Below, piece by piece: positions 51,425 to 63,256 of a stretch of 64,000 bases of DNA. The notes beneath the pieces were generated by a model. The model was not told the origin of the DNA. It did no database searches and saw nothing but the letters and a program-made list of their open reading frames with translations. Every line of letters starts with the position of its first letter. Positions within the stretch are counted from its first letter, which is position 1. Both the position numbers and the translations under genes were made by a program. The DNA is from Heterodontus francisci. Its lineage: Eukaryota. The DNA lies in the NCBI RefSeq assembly GCF_036365525.1, contig NC_090374.1:14735168-14799167 (forward strand), read 5' to 3'.

Positions 51425-52377
51425 GTATGTAATATTGCTGGGAGACTCTTGTCTTTAAATGCCTGAAGCTTGATTCATGGGTGAGCTTTGGTGGTGATTC
51501 AAACACTTGAGCCATTCTGGTCGATGAACAACCACACAGTGCATGTCCAGCAGAGGTCGCTGGATCCCAGCAGGATCAGGAACTCTGGGCAATGTTTCCT
51601 TTCCCTATCCCAGTAGCTCTTGGACCAATTGGAGAGCCCCGACTGCAGCCCAGCTGGGATTGGCTAACTCAGCCCAGACATGGGATGGAAACTGGCCCCT
51701 TCCTGGTCTGTATGATTCAGCTCCTCACAGCAGGAACTTGCTGAGCTATCGGGGACCTGATTAAATCTCCCAGACCACCTGTATTCACTATTGTCTATTT
51801 TAATCTGCAAGGTTAAGCCCTCAGGGCATATTATGGTTCAAAACTGATTGAGTTGAATTTGATTGCAGTGCTGGGTTATTGACAGTCAGATTCCTGTTCA
51901 CTTTCCAACCTCAGTCTTCCCCCAAGGCTTTCTGGAAAACACCAACCACTCACCTCAAGACCCGGAAAAAGAATAAAACACTCTGGGGATTGGCTGCTGT
52001 TCAGATGATGAGAATGATGGTTATCACAGTGTTGAAAATGATTTGCAGTTCCCTTTGACTCAGTTTTTGGTCACCTGTCCTCATATCTCCTCATGTGACT
52101 CGGTGTTCCATTTTGCCTGATTGTGTTCCTGTGAAGCACATGTTAAAAGTGCTATATAAATGCAAGTTTTTGTTCTTGCTATATAAACAAAGTGACTCCT
52201 GACATCGCAGCGGTCTGCTGACATAATCAGAGCGCTCCAAGCTGTGAACATGTGCAAACGGTCGCCTGCGCTGAGATGCTGCACATACTCAGCCTACGTC
52301 TTGCCAGGACTAACTGGTGCATGCGAAGGAAAACATTCTCCCCCCTCGCCCACTCACTCCCCACTCCTCGCTTCCAG

Positions 52378-52840
52378 CCACCCTGCTCTCCAGCTGCTCA
52401 CTCCCCTCTTCCGCCCACCATCCTGCTCTCCAGCTGCTCACTCCCCTCTTCCGCCCACCATCCTGCTCTCCAGCTGCTCACTCCCCTCTTCCGCCCACCA
52501 TCCTGCTCTCCAGCTGCTCACTCCCCTCTTCCGCCCACCATCCTGCTCTCCAGCTGCTCACTCCCCTCTTCCGCCCACCATCCTGCTCTCCAGCTGCTCA
52601 CTCCCCTCTTCCGCCCACCATCCTGCTCTCCAGCTGCTCACTCCCCTCTTCCGCCCACCATCCTGCTCTCCAGCTGCTCACTCCCCTCTTCCGCCCACCA
52701 TCCTGCTCTCCAGCTGCTCACTCCCCTCTTCCGCCCACCATCCTGCTCTCCGGCCGCTCACACCTCGCTTTCGTCCTCCCCCATCCTGCTCTCCGGCTTC
52801 TCAGTCCCCTCTTCCTCCCACCATCCCACTCTCCGGCCGC
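52378..52840. repeat. 40-bp tandem repeat (ccaccatcctgctctccagctgctcactcccctcttccgc), about 11 copies, followed by inverted copies at 52841-52995
   Basis: Directly visible. Confidence 0.95.
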
Positions 52841-53640
52841 TCGGGGAGTGAGCAGCCGGAGAGCAGGATGGTGGGGGGGGGAAGTGGGGAGTGTGCAGCC
52901 GGAGAGTGGGATGGGGGGGGGGAAGCGGGGAGTGAGCGGCCGGAGAGCAGGATGGGGGGTGAAGCGGGAAGTGAGTGAGCGGACAGCGGGATGGCACTGA
53001 AACCTCACTGAATTACGGAGGGTGTGCAGCACTGTCAGAGGTGCTGTCCTTCTGAGAAAGTTTAAACAGTGCAACGTTCTCCGAGTATCAACCAAAACAT
53101 GTCCATTGTCTGCTGTCATGTTTGCTTATGAAATGACAGTCACTGCTCCTAAAGTAATTCACTTTAGGTGAATTAAGATGACTAGCTACTAAATAACTGG
53201 CGCATGCGCAGGAGGGAGGGGAGACTGTTGGGGGTGGGATGGCGGTGGCAGCATAACAATATTTGAGTGGATCTTTGGGTTGAAGTTGTTTATCTGTGAT
53301 AAACAGATAAACCATCATTAATCCTGGCAGCTGCCTGAACGTCGCAGACACTGATGTTACAGTGGAACAGGCTGCATTTTCGCATGTGCTAGTACTGCGC
53401 CACCTGATGGTTGCGTTGTCAGCAAACGTCGCCCTTTATAAATGCAAGTTGTTGTTCTTGCTGAAAACAGGAACAACAATCAGACCCATTGTGTCAGTGT
53501 TTAACACTGATAATCTAATCTGTTTTTAAATACATGGGGAATCCTATGTAAACAGCTGCAGGTTGTATATGGCGGTTCTGAAAATGCTCTTATTTTACTG
53601 TTAATATGGCTCATTTTATTTAATCTTGTTTTGTCCCCAG

Positions 53641-53656
53641 AAAGGAGCAGGACTGA
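53641..53656 (+). CDS. SIGLEC15-like: Probable terminal coding exon (R-K-E-Q-D-stop if spliced directly to the TM exon), followed by 3' UTR
   Basis: Strong acceptor tcttgttttgtccccag|. Downstream 53766-54067 is homologous to 59205-59340 in the pseudogene copy. An alternative acceptor near 51915 would give SLPQGFLENTNHSPQDPEKE*. Confidence 0.45.
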
Positions 53657-54284
53657 TCCATCGCAGGAGGCTGAGAAACTGAATGTTCAAACCGCAATAT
53701 AAACCTGTTCCACTCGCCCTGCACTGAATCTCATCCAGCAATTTAAACTGGACTTGCTTTGGTCATCATTCACTGTGTGATCCTGGGTACTGAGTACAAA
53801 ATTCGTCCTGTTAATCAGCTATTCAGCAAGGTTCTGCATCACACTGTGATGATCATTTAGACTTAGTGGGACAGTGTAACATGGGTGATAGCGAATCAAC
53901 AGCCCGATTTAAATCCCTGACATTGGCTGGAATGGAAATAAAAATGGGGAGAGATATAAAACAGGCTGCTGATTGGCCGTTTTACACTATCACACAAAGT
54001 CCAGATGACCCCGTTACTCTGAATGGAATCTGAATGTGAACATTCTCAATATCAGTCTGTCTAAATGGCCAGGCTTTATTTATGGTGTAAACAGTGGGAG
54101 AGCTCATGGGGCAGAGGTGACTGTGAGTAGGACAGGTTTGAAACCCCAATTATTCCAGCTGCTTTGCTCAGGGAACTGGCTGCTGTTTCTAGCTCCTCGG
54201 CTGTGACGGGAGATTCTGCTGGAGGTCAGTCAGCTTTCAATAACTGATCTCAGAGTGAATCTGTGCTTTTACTGTCAGTCGATC

Positions 54285-54355
54285 AAAGTTACATGATGGA
54301 GCTGCAATGATTGTGAACACTGTACACAATCCTGGTAGCTCCATCATGTAACTTT
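54285..54355 (+). other. 71-nt hairpin with a perfect 19-bp outer stem (pre-miRNA-like)
   Basis: aaagttacatgatggagct (54285-54303) and its exact rc (54337-54355); inner gattgtg/cacaatc pairing; 9-nt loop. Confidence 0.6.
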
Positions 54356-55602
54356 CATGTGCTCTTGTGAAGTTCCTTTGGGACAATTCGCTACATTAAA
54401 GGTGTTATATAAATGCCAGTTATCGTTGTTGCTTCTACGAGGTGCTCTTAGTGGCTGGGAGCTTGGGCGGAGGAAGTCTGCTGAGCTTCAATTCAGACGG
54501 ACACTGCGGATGGCACTCTGGGCCTCGAGGGCTGGGCTGGAGATTGCACCATTCGGCCTGGGCTGCAGCATTCTGGGCAGCAAGGGCACTGGCAGAGTGT
54601 TTGGGTTGGATGCAGGAATGCTGTCATCATGACAGGGAACAGCAGGCTCCTCTTCTATGGAGCCACTGCCGGTCTCCCAGTGCCTCAGGAACCCTCACCA
54701 TCTGCTGGAGAACTGTTGCTGAACTGCTGCATTGATCTGGAATCCCATTTCAACAGTGGCACCCAGAGGTATATAATGGCAGCAGACTGAGACTCCAAGG
54801 CAGCAGTCTGTGCTGTGTTGGAAGCTCAGATTGTTAATCACACGCTCCAACAGGTTGGGTTCCGCCTGGAATGAATGAGCTCCAAAATCTGTGCAAAGCC
54901 CTGTGCCAAGGTTGGGGACTGACTCCTCCACGCTCCTTGATATTGTGCCCAGGCTTTTGGGCAGGATTTCCAGTTTACCGAGTACTTTGTTGAGCACGCC
55001 CATCAGCCTTCATCTGTAGCCTGGCTCATCCAAACTCCTCACCTGAGTTGTGTGCAGCAGAACTGTCTGCAACCTTCCCTCCGGCGAGCTGGCACATATG
55101 GGATCCTCCCACCGCTCCCCCAACTCCACAGCTCCTTGTGCCCGTGTTCCCTCATCTATACTAGCGTCTGAAGTCCACAGAGAGTCAGTCTCTGAGCTGC
55201 GAGAGTGAAATTAAGCAACAGTACTTCATCATCATCCATCTCCTTCCTCCACTGGCTGAACAGATTCTTCTTTGTGGGAGCTGAAATGAAAAGGCGAAAG
55301 GGTTAAGGTTGTGATTTGGTGAGAGGAGTGAGAGTGCGCTGACACCAGCTGCAATGTTTCATTCAGTCTGAGTGGGGTGGGGAAGAAGTGAGGACCGAGA
55401 AGGAAGATTAGGTTTACAGAAACCCTGATCATTGATCTCTCCAGCTTCACCAATCACCACAGCTTTAGTGATGCCCCTTCCCATTCCCAGTATTGCAAGA
55501 ATTGTCTGTTCCAGTTTCCTGGTGCTGCCTCCTGTTATCCCGCACCTTCTCCCACAAGGAAGAGAAAGTTCGTTAATGAGTGTTCAGCAATATGTCTCAG
55601 TG

Positions 55603-57520
55603 ATGTGGCTGTGTGTGTGTGTGTCTGTATCTGTGTGTGTGTGTGTCTGTATCTTTGTGTGTGTGTTTCTGTGTATCTGTGTGTGTGTCTGTGTGTGTAT
55701 GTTTGTATATCTGTATGTGTGCTGTGTGTGTATCTGTGTTGTATGTGTGTCTGTGTGTGTGTATCTGTTTGTATATCTGTGTGTGTAGATTGTGTGTCTG
55801 TGTGTGTGTGTATCTGTGTGTATCTGTGTCTGTTTGTATATCTGTGTGTGTGGTGTGTGTGTCTGTGTGTGTGTATCTGTTTGTATATCTGTGTGTGTAG
55901 ATTGTGTGTCTGTGTGTGTGTGTATCTGTGTGTATCTGTGTCTGTTTGTATATCTGTGTGTGTGGTGTGTGTGTCTGTGTGTGTGTATCTGTTTGTATAT
56001 CTGTGTGTGTAGATTGTGTNNNNNNNNNNNNNNNNNNNNNNNNNNNNNNNNNNNNNNNNNNNNNNNNNNNNNNNNNNNNNNNNNNNNNNNNNNNNNNNNN
56101 NNNNNNNNNNNNNNNNNNNNNNNNNNNNNNNNNNNNNNNNNNNNNNNNNNNNNNNNNNNNNNNNNNNNNNNNNNNNNNNNNNNNNNNNNNNNNNNNNNNN
56201 NNNNNNNNNNNNNNNNNNNNNNNNNNNNNNNNNNNNNNNNNNNNNNNNNNNNNNNNNNNNNNNNNNNNNNNNNNNNNNNNNNNNNNNNNNNNNNNNNNNN
56301 NNNNTGTATCTCTGTGTGTGTCTGTGTATGTATGTGTGTGTATCTGTTTGTATATCTGTATGTGTGGTGTGTGTGTGTCTCTGTTTGTATATCTGTGTGT
56401 GTGGTGTGTGTGTATCTGTGTTGTGTGTGTGTCTGTGTGTGTGTATCTGTTTGTATATCTGTGTGTGTAGATTGTGTGTCTGTGTGTGTGTGTATCTGTG
56501 TGTATCTGTGTCTGTTTGTATATCTGTGTGTGTGGTGTGTGTGTCTGTGTGTGTGTATCTGTTTGTATATCTGTGTGTGTAGATTGTNNNNNNNNNNNNN
56601 NNNNNNNNNNNNNNNNNNNNNNNNNNNNNNNNNNNNNNNNNNNNNNNNNNNNNNNNNNNNNNNNNNNNNNNNNNNNNNNNNNNNNNNNNNNNNNNNNNNN
56701 NNNNNNNNNNNNNNNNNGTGTGATGTGTGTNNNNNNNNNNNNNNNNNNNNNNNNNNNNNNNNNNNNNNNNNNNNNNNNNNNNNNNNNNNNNNNNNNNNNN
56801 NNNNNNNNNNNNNNNNNNNNNNNNNNNNNNNNNNNNNNNNNNNNNNNNNNNNNNNNNNTGTATCTCTGTGTGTGTCTGTGTATGTATGTGTGTGTATCTG
56901 TTTGTATATCTGTATGTGTGGTGTGTGTGTGTCTCTGTTTGTATATCTGTGTCTGTGGTGTGTGTGTATCTGTGTTGTGTGTGTGTCTGTGTGTGTGTAT
57001 CTATTTGTATATCTGTGTGTGTAGATTGTGTGTCTGTGTGTGTGTGTATCTGTGTCTGTTTGTATATCTGTGTGTGTGGTGTGTGTGTCTGTGTGTATCT
57101 GTTTGTATATCTGTGTGTGTAGATTGAGTNNNNNNNNNNNNNNNNNNNNNNNNNNNNNNNNNNNNNNNNNNNNNNNNNNNNNNNNNNNNNNNNNNNNNNN
57201 NNNNNNNNNNNNNNNNNNNNNNNNNNNNNNNNNNNNNNNNNNNNNNNNNNNNNNNNNGTGTTGTGTGTGTATCTGTTTGTATATCTGTGTGTGGTGTGTG
57301 TATCTGTGCGTGTTTGTGTGTGTGTGTATCTGTTTGTATATCTGTGTGTGTCGTGTGTGTGTGTATCTGTGTGTGTGTATCTGTTTGTATATCTGTGTGT
57401 GTGTGTGTGTATCTGTTTGTGTGTCTGTGTCGGTGTGTATCTCTGTGTGTGTCTGTGTATGTATGTGTGTGTATCTGTTTGTATATCTGTGTATGCGTCT
57501 GTGTGTGGTGTGAGTTGTGG
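55603..57520. repeat. GT-rich compound microsatellite with about 112-bp higher-order period; four N gaps
   Basis: gtagattgt recurs at 112-bp spacing. N runs at 56020-56304, 56588-56717, 56731-56858, 57130-57257. Confidence 0.95.
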
Positions 57521-57814
57521 GTGTAACCTTTTCTACAATGCTGAGTGTGAGAGTGTGATGTCAAGCCTGTTCATTGAAGTGTTCAGTACTGAGTAATAGA
57601 AATTGTGGGTAAGTGGGGGATAGGGATGATGTTAATTCAGCCACTGATGTGGCTAGTAGTGCAGCTGTCATTTGAAGTTTGATCTTAACTCAACAACTCT
57701 TGTCAGATAATTGAACTTCATCGACACTGTATCCAGGTACATGGCTCCACATTCCTTGTGTTTAGCTCCTCTGTAATCTCCTCCCCTTGCTTCCTCAGCA
57801 TGTGCTATGAAGTT

Positions 57815-58170
57815 TCCCTTCTCCTCAGGGATAGAGGATGCCCCATTCCTTCTCCTGAGGATATCCCTCCTCCACCTCCAGACCACCCATTTCTCCTCAG
57901 GGATGGAGAATGTCCCTCCTCCACCTCCAGCCCACCCACTTCCTCTCAGGGATAGAGGATGTCCTTCCTCCACCTCCAGATCACCCACTTCCTCTCAGGG
58001 ATAGAGGATGTCCCTCCTCCACCTCCAGACCACCCACTTCCTCTCAGGGATAGAGGATGTCCCTCCACCACCTCCAGACCACCCACTTCCTCTCAGGGAT
58101 AGAGGATGTCCCTCCTCCACCTCCAGACCACCCACTTCCTCTCAGGGATAGAGGATGTCCCTCCTCCTCT
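57815..58170. repeat. About 49-bp tandem repeat (cctctcagggatagaggatgtccctcctccacctccagaccacccactt), about 7 copies
   Basis: Directly visible. Confidence 0.92.
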
Positions 58171-58556
58171 CCATTTCCGACACCAAGGCCTCCAGTGCAG
58201 CATCAGGGAAACTTTATGTCCGCACTCTCCCAGGCTCAGACATTTGTGATAGGTTTCATTCCACTTCCTCACACCACATCCAGAAGACCAATCCACCTCC
58301 TCTTTAAGAGGTACTGACTATCTTTAAATGGTGTGGGTTACTGGTATAGTAATTGAATATTGAATTGTGTTCAGGTGATGGGCATTAACTGGGGATTCAC
58401 TTGTCTTTACATAGGAGCAGACTGAAACTGTGGTAATGGGGATCAGGAGGTGCATGCTTGTAAAACGTATCTTGGTAAATAAAAGCTTACAAGTGCGTAA
58501 GGTTTGGGCTCCAGTTCTATCCTTCAGGACCCAGCTTTCTGGAACACAAGAATGTG

Positions 58557-59340
58557 TATTTGTGCAGCACAATCTACGGATGTGGGTTATTTGTCGAACG
58601 CCATCCCAACACTCCTCCTCCTCCCCGCTAATCAATTTATCCCCCATAGAGGTTGATGGACATTCTGACAATACTGGAAGCTGATGCAGCATCTGTCCTT
58701 CTCACTTGATGCTGTGGTTTGTCCCTCTTTTTTCCAACAGTTATATAAATATCCCTAGTCTGTTAGTCAGCAACACTTTGCTCTCTTTTTCAAATCAACA
58801 TGAAGAGACTTCCAGTTAGCTAGTAAATTCAGGAAGATTTATAAACTGATTGTGGGCAGGTTTCGCAGGAGGTGAAGGAACGCTTTGAGCAACTTCTGTA
58901 TTTCAGTTTCATGAGACAAGAAGCAGAGTGAGAAGGACGAAATACTGAAGAGTTGGCGATGGGTTCTCTCTACGTTTGGCTTTCCGCTGTCTTATTGTCG
59001 GTCTCGGTACGGAGTTACAGAAGGTGCTTTCGAATAATAACTGTTCAAATTCATTTTGTTGTTAAAGTCATTGAATGGTTACAGCACAGAAGGAGGCAGT
59101 TCAGCCCACCGTGTCTGTGCTGGCTCGCTGCATGAGCAACTCAGCTAGTCCCACTCCCTTGTCCTGTTCCCATAGCTTTGTAAATATTTTCTCTTCAGGT
59201 GTTTAGCATTCACTGTGTGATCCTGATACAGAGTGCAAAGTCCTTCATGTTAAACAACTCTTCAGCTCGTCTCTGATCACACACTCATTTCAAATGGAAT
59301 CTGAAAATGATCTTTCCCAACCTAAGTCTGTATAAATGCA
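58557..59340 (+). pseudogene. Paralog C: promoter + leader exon (58959-59019, MGSLYVWLSAVLLSVSVRSY) with donor GT>GA, gene body deleted, joined to a 3' UTR homolog
   Basis: Homologous to 9220-9725 (rc) and 26712-26901. Donor reads A|gaaggt. Micro-exon absent. 59205-59340 resembles 53766-53845 + 54015-54067. Confidence 0.75.
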
Positions 59341-59504
59341 GGTGGTTATAAATTCTGGTGCAGCCATTTCGGGAAAGCGGGGGCCTCAAGCTACTGCCCT
59401 GTGTTAATGCTGAGTCCTGAGACTCTCCCAATATTCAGCCTTAAGGTTCTCTATAATGGAGCAGGTGAGGTACAAACAGCAGCTGTGCTGAGGAACCTGA
59501 GGGT

Positions 59505-59610
59505 GTGACCGCGGCCCACGTATCCAGTAGTGACCTCAGTCCATGTATCCAATGGTGACCACAGCCATGTATCCAATAGTGACCACAGCCCACGTATCCA
59601 ATAGTGACCC
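59505..59610. repeat. About 24-bp tandem repeat (gtgaccacagcccacgtatccaata), 4 copies
   Basis: Directly visible. Confidence 0.85.
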
Positions 59611-59641
59611 AGTAATAATCTCTGGTTGGACCTATTCCTGC

Positions 59642-60494
59642 TGTTACAACCTCAAGCTCAAGACAAAGCCCCCAATCAAAATATATGATTCTGATTGCAG
59701 TGGGAGAAACATACTTCCGTCCCTCTACAGATCGCCTAACATATCACTTTAAACTTTCCAAATTAAAGAAAACCAGAGCCAAACTGACCATCTATTAACT
59801 GCCGAATGAGGCTAACCAAACCAGGTGTCTTTAGATCAACAAATTAACTGTTTAATTAGAAAAAATAAATTCTTAAAACACTAAGATATAAACAACATTT
59901 AAAATAGAAAAAAGTATTCTCCTTGCAGATTTACCCTCCTGCCAAAGTGGAATCTTCCAATGTGGAACTGACCGAGGTTGATTGAAGTCCTCACAGTCGT
60001 CCAATGGGGATAGAAAAAATGTCCAACATCCAAAACATCAACTCATCTTTCATCCGGTGATGGCCTCAGCCAATCAACAACTCGCAAGCACTTCAATTAA
60101 TCAATTTATTTTAGAATTTTGAGGGGTGAAAAAGTGATCAGCCTAAAATTCACCTTCCTTCAGTTTAAATTACCAGAGATCTCTGTTCCAATCATGCTGG
60201 TCCAGCTGTCTGTCTTAGAACAGTCTATTTCAAAATAAAAAGCCAGTTCAAACAGTTAATCACAACAATGTATATTTAGCCTCAGTTTCTGAGTGGCTGT
60301 ATCTGGGGCAACCATGATGCACATTTGAAGCTAGCTGTTCCACTCTGTAGGGTTGTATCCAACGGCAACTAAAATGCATCTTTTGACTCACAGTCCCCGG
60401 AACCTGTTGCCTTAAAGTTGGCCTGATCCTTTTACAGCCTTAAAGGCACACCGCAAACTTCCCAGAAAAGAAAACAAACTACAGGATCATAACA
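59642..60494 (-). mobile_element. Probable solo LTR
   Basis: TGTTAC...ATAACA ends, near-TSD ctgc/ctgg, rc similarity to the 3' part of 49287-50306. Confidence 0.6.
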
Positions 60495-60822
60495 CTGGCG
60501 ATTTGTGACATTTGGCCAGTTGCGCATCCACTTTAGTCAAGTGTTGTTGGTTAGGAAAGGCCAAGTAAAATATTTCAATATTTCAGTTTTTGTTTTGTAG
60601 AATGCAACAATTTTAGGGCCAAGAATTAAAGCAGAATTTATAAATCAAACGCTAACTGGGTAACCCAATTCCTGAGTTTTCTTTGGGGGGGGGGAGGTGT
60701 TACTGCTCAACCTTTTCTCTCTACCAGAGGTACCAGAGGGAACCAACCCATGTTCAATCCTTTTCTCGCTCACATTCTTGACATTTAACTCACATTCCTG
60801 GTGTTTTCCCCTTACATTCCTG

Positions 60823-61466
60823 GGCTGTAATTTTAGGTCACCCCCACCATCGAGCAGGGTGGTGGCAGGGCCGCTCCTGACACCTTCCTGCCCCCCTGCA
60901 ATTTTATGTGGGGTGGTGGTGAGAAACAGCCCACCCATCCAGGCCAATTAACTGCCACTTAAGGGCCTCCTCCCACCGCCACTATTATTTTACAGCAAAG
61001 GCCCCAAGCACACTGCCAGCCAAAAGCTGGCTGCATTATTATGGGCTGGAAAGGGAGTTCTCCTGATTGGGCACCTTGTGCCCCACAGAGGGCCCCCCCC
61101 ACGACCCAACTCCACAACACTTCCCCCTCACCGCCCCCTACCCAACTGCCTCGTCGGGGCCTGGCTGATTGTCCCTGATGAGTCCCCAAAAACTGACTTT
61201 AATTCCGGGCACAGACTTCCTCGTGCTTCCGCTGGCTGGGTGTAGTCTCAGCTGTGGCCACCACTCCCAGTGACGCTGCTGGGACTACAGCCGATTGGCT
61301 GGCAGCTCCATTAGGCGGGACTTCCTGCCTAAAGCAGGTCGAAGTCCTGCCCGGGGCCAATTAAGGGCTTGGGAAGTGAAAAATCCTGGCTTTGCTCCCC
61401 CCGGGCAGCCACCCCCAACTTTTCGGCCGGTGGGTGGGGCCTCCCGTCCAACATAAAATTCCGGCC
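60823..61466. mobile_element. GC-rich MITE, same family as 8372-9094
   Basis: ggctgtaatttta...taaaattccggcc ends; shared internal motifs (ggccaattaa, gtggccac, gctgctgggact). Confidence 0.65.
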
Positions 61467-61502
61467 TTGATGTTTTTCCTTCGCGTTACTAGCGTTTACG
61501 GG

Positions 61503-61620
61503 TGTGACGGGAGATTCTGCTGGAGGTCAGTCAGCTTTCAATAACTGATCTCAGAGTGAATCTGTGCTTTTACTGTCAGTCGATCAAAGTTACATGATGG
61601 AGCTGCAATGATTGTGAACA
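61503..61620 (+). repeat. 118-bp exact duplicate of 54202-54319, followed by AATAAA
   Basis: Base-by-base comparison found no mismatch. Confidence 0.9.
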
Positions 61621-62271
61621 GTGCAATAAATAATTCTTTGTGTATGTACTTTGGCTCCTCCTTTGCATCGCCTTTTACTACATTTCATAGAATCATACAG
61701 CACAGAAGGAGGCCATTCGGCCAATTGTGCCTGTACTACCTCCTTGAAAGAGAGTTCCAATTAGTTCGACTCAACTGCTCTTTCCCCATAACCCTGCAAA
61801 GTCTTCCCTTTCAAATATTTATCCAATTCCCTTTTGAAAGTTACTATTGAATCAGGCAGAACATTCCAGATCAGAACTCACTGTGTAAAAAATGTCTCCT
61901 CTTGTCACAGATCAGGCAGCATCTGTGGAGTGAGAAACAGAGTTAACATTACTATTGAATCCGCTTCCACTGCCCTTTCAGGCAGTGCATTCCAGATCAC
62001 AACAACTCGCTGTGTAAAATAACTGTCTCCTCATCTCACTTCTGCTTCTGGTTCTTTCTTAGCTCTGTGTCCTTTGGTCACTGAACACTTGAGAACCAAT
62101 TTTGGGATGTGGTAGCCCTGGTAAGGCCAGCATTTATTGCCCATTCTAATATGAATAGGAAGGGAATAGAGGTTTATGGGCCCCGGAAGTGCAGAAGGTG
62201 TTAGTTTCGGCAGGCATCAAGATCGGCGCAGGCTTGGAGGGCCGAATGGCCTGTTCCTGTGCTGTACTGTT

Positions 62272-62621
62272 CTTTTTTTTTAGAGATACAGCACTGAAAC
62301 AGGCCCTTCGGCCCACCGAGTCTGTGCCGACCATCAACCACCCATTTTATACTAATGCTACACTAATCCCATATTCCTACCACATCCCCACCTGTCCCTA
62401 TATTTCCCTACCACCTACCTATACTAGGGGCAATTTATAATGGCCAATTTACCTACCAACCTGCAAGTCTTTTGGCTGTGGGAGGAAACCGGAGCACCCG
62501 GAGAAAACCCACGCAGACACAGGGAGAACTTGCAAACTCCACACAGGCAGTACCCAGAATTGAACCCAGGTCGCTGGAGCTGTGAGGCTGCGGTGCTAAC
62601 CACTGCGCCACTGTGCCGCCG
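62272..62621 (-). mobile_element. V-SINE, full length
   Basis: Same family as 6478-6829. Confidence 0.9.
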
Positions 62622-63084
62622 CTCTTTGTACCCTTGAGAAGGTGGTGGTGGGTCATGTGGGTTCTCTTGTTGAATCACTGCAGGCTGTGTGGTGATGGTC
62701 CTCCCACAATGCTGTCAGGGTAGGAGTTTGAGGAGTTTGACCCAGAGACAATGAAGGAACAACATTTGGATGGAGTGTGACTTAGAGGAGAACGTGGAAG
62801 TGATGGTGTTTCCATATACCTCCTGCCCTTGTTCTTCTAGCTCGTGGCTTTGGGAGGTGCTGCTGAAGAAGCTTTGGTGAGTTGTCCATTCGATATTACA
62901 CGTTGTAGCTACAATTTGCCAGTGATGGAGGGAGTGAATGTTTAACGAATGTAATTGAGATAAATTTATATCCCATCAGGTCAGTATTTGATAGGACTGT
63001 GTAGAAGGAGCGCTACTCTCTATCGAACCCGTGCAGTACCTGCTGTGATGTTTGATGGGACAGAGTACAGGAAGCTAGCTGTTC

Positions 63085-63256
63085 CGTGCAGTGCTATCGA
63101 CGGATGTGGGTTAATCGTCATCCCCACACCCAATCTCCCCATGAATTAATTTAAAGTTTGCTGGACATTCTGATAACAATACTGAAAGCTAATGCAGCAT
63201 CTTTCATTCTCACGTGATGCTGTGGTTTGCGCCTCTTGTTTGCCAACAGTTATATC
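63085..63256 (+). promoter_or_regulatory. Isolated further copy of the family upstream/promoter block, truncated by an LTR fragment
   Basis: ggatgtgggtta..ggacattctga..aatactg..gctaatgcagcatctttcattctcac.tgatgctgtggtttg..ccaacagttatat matches 58562-58746. Confidence 0.65.

Noticed and set aside
52244-53119. Pro/Ser-rich mucin-like ORFs
   Set aside because: 40-bp tandem repeat open in all frames; lies after the TM exon.
54420-55560. Possible decayed coding sequence (Harbinger Myb-like remnant)
   Set aside because: No diagnostic motif could be confirmed by eye.
55432-57596. Cys/Val-rich ORFs
   Set aside because: GT microsatellite plus N gaps.
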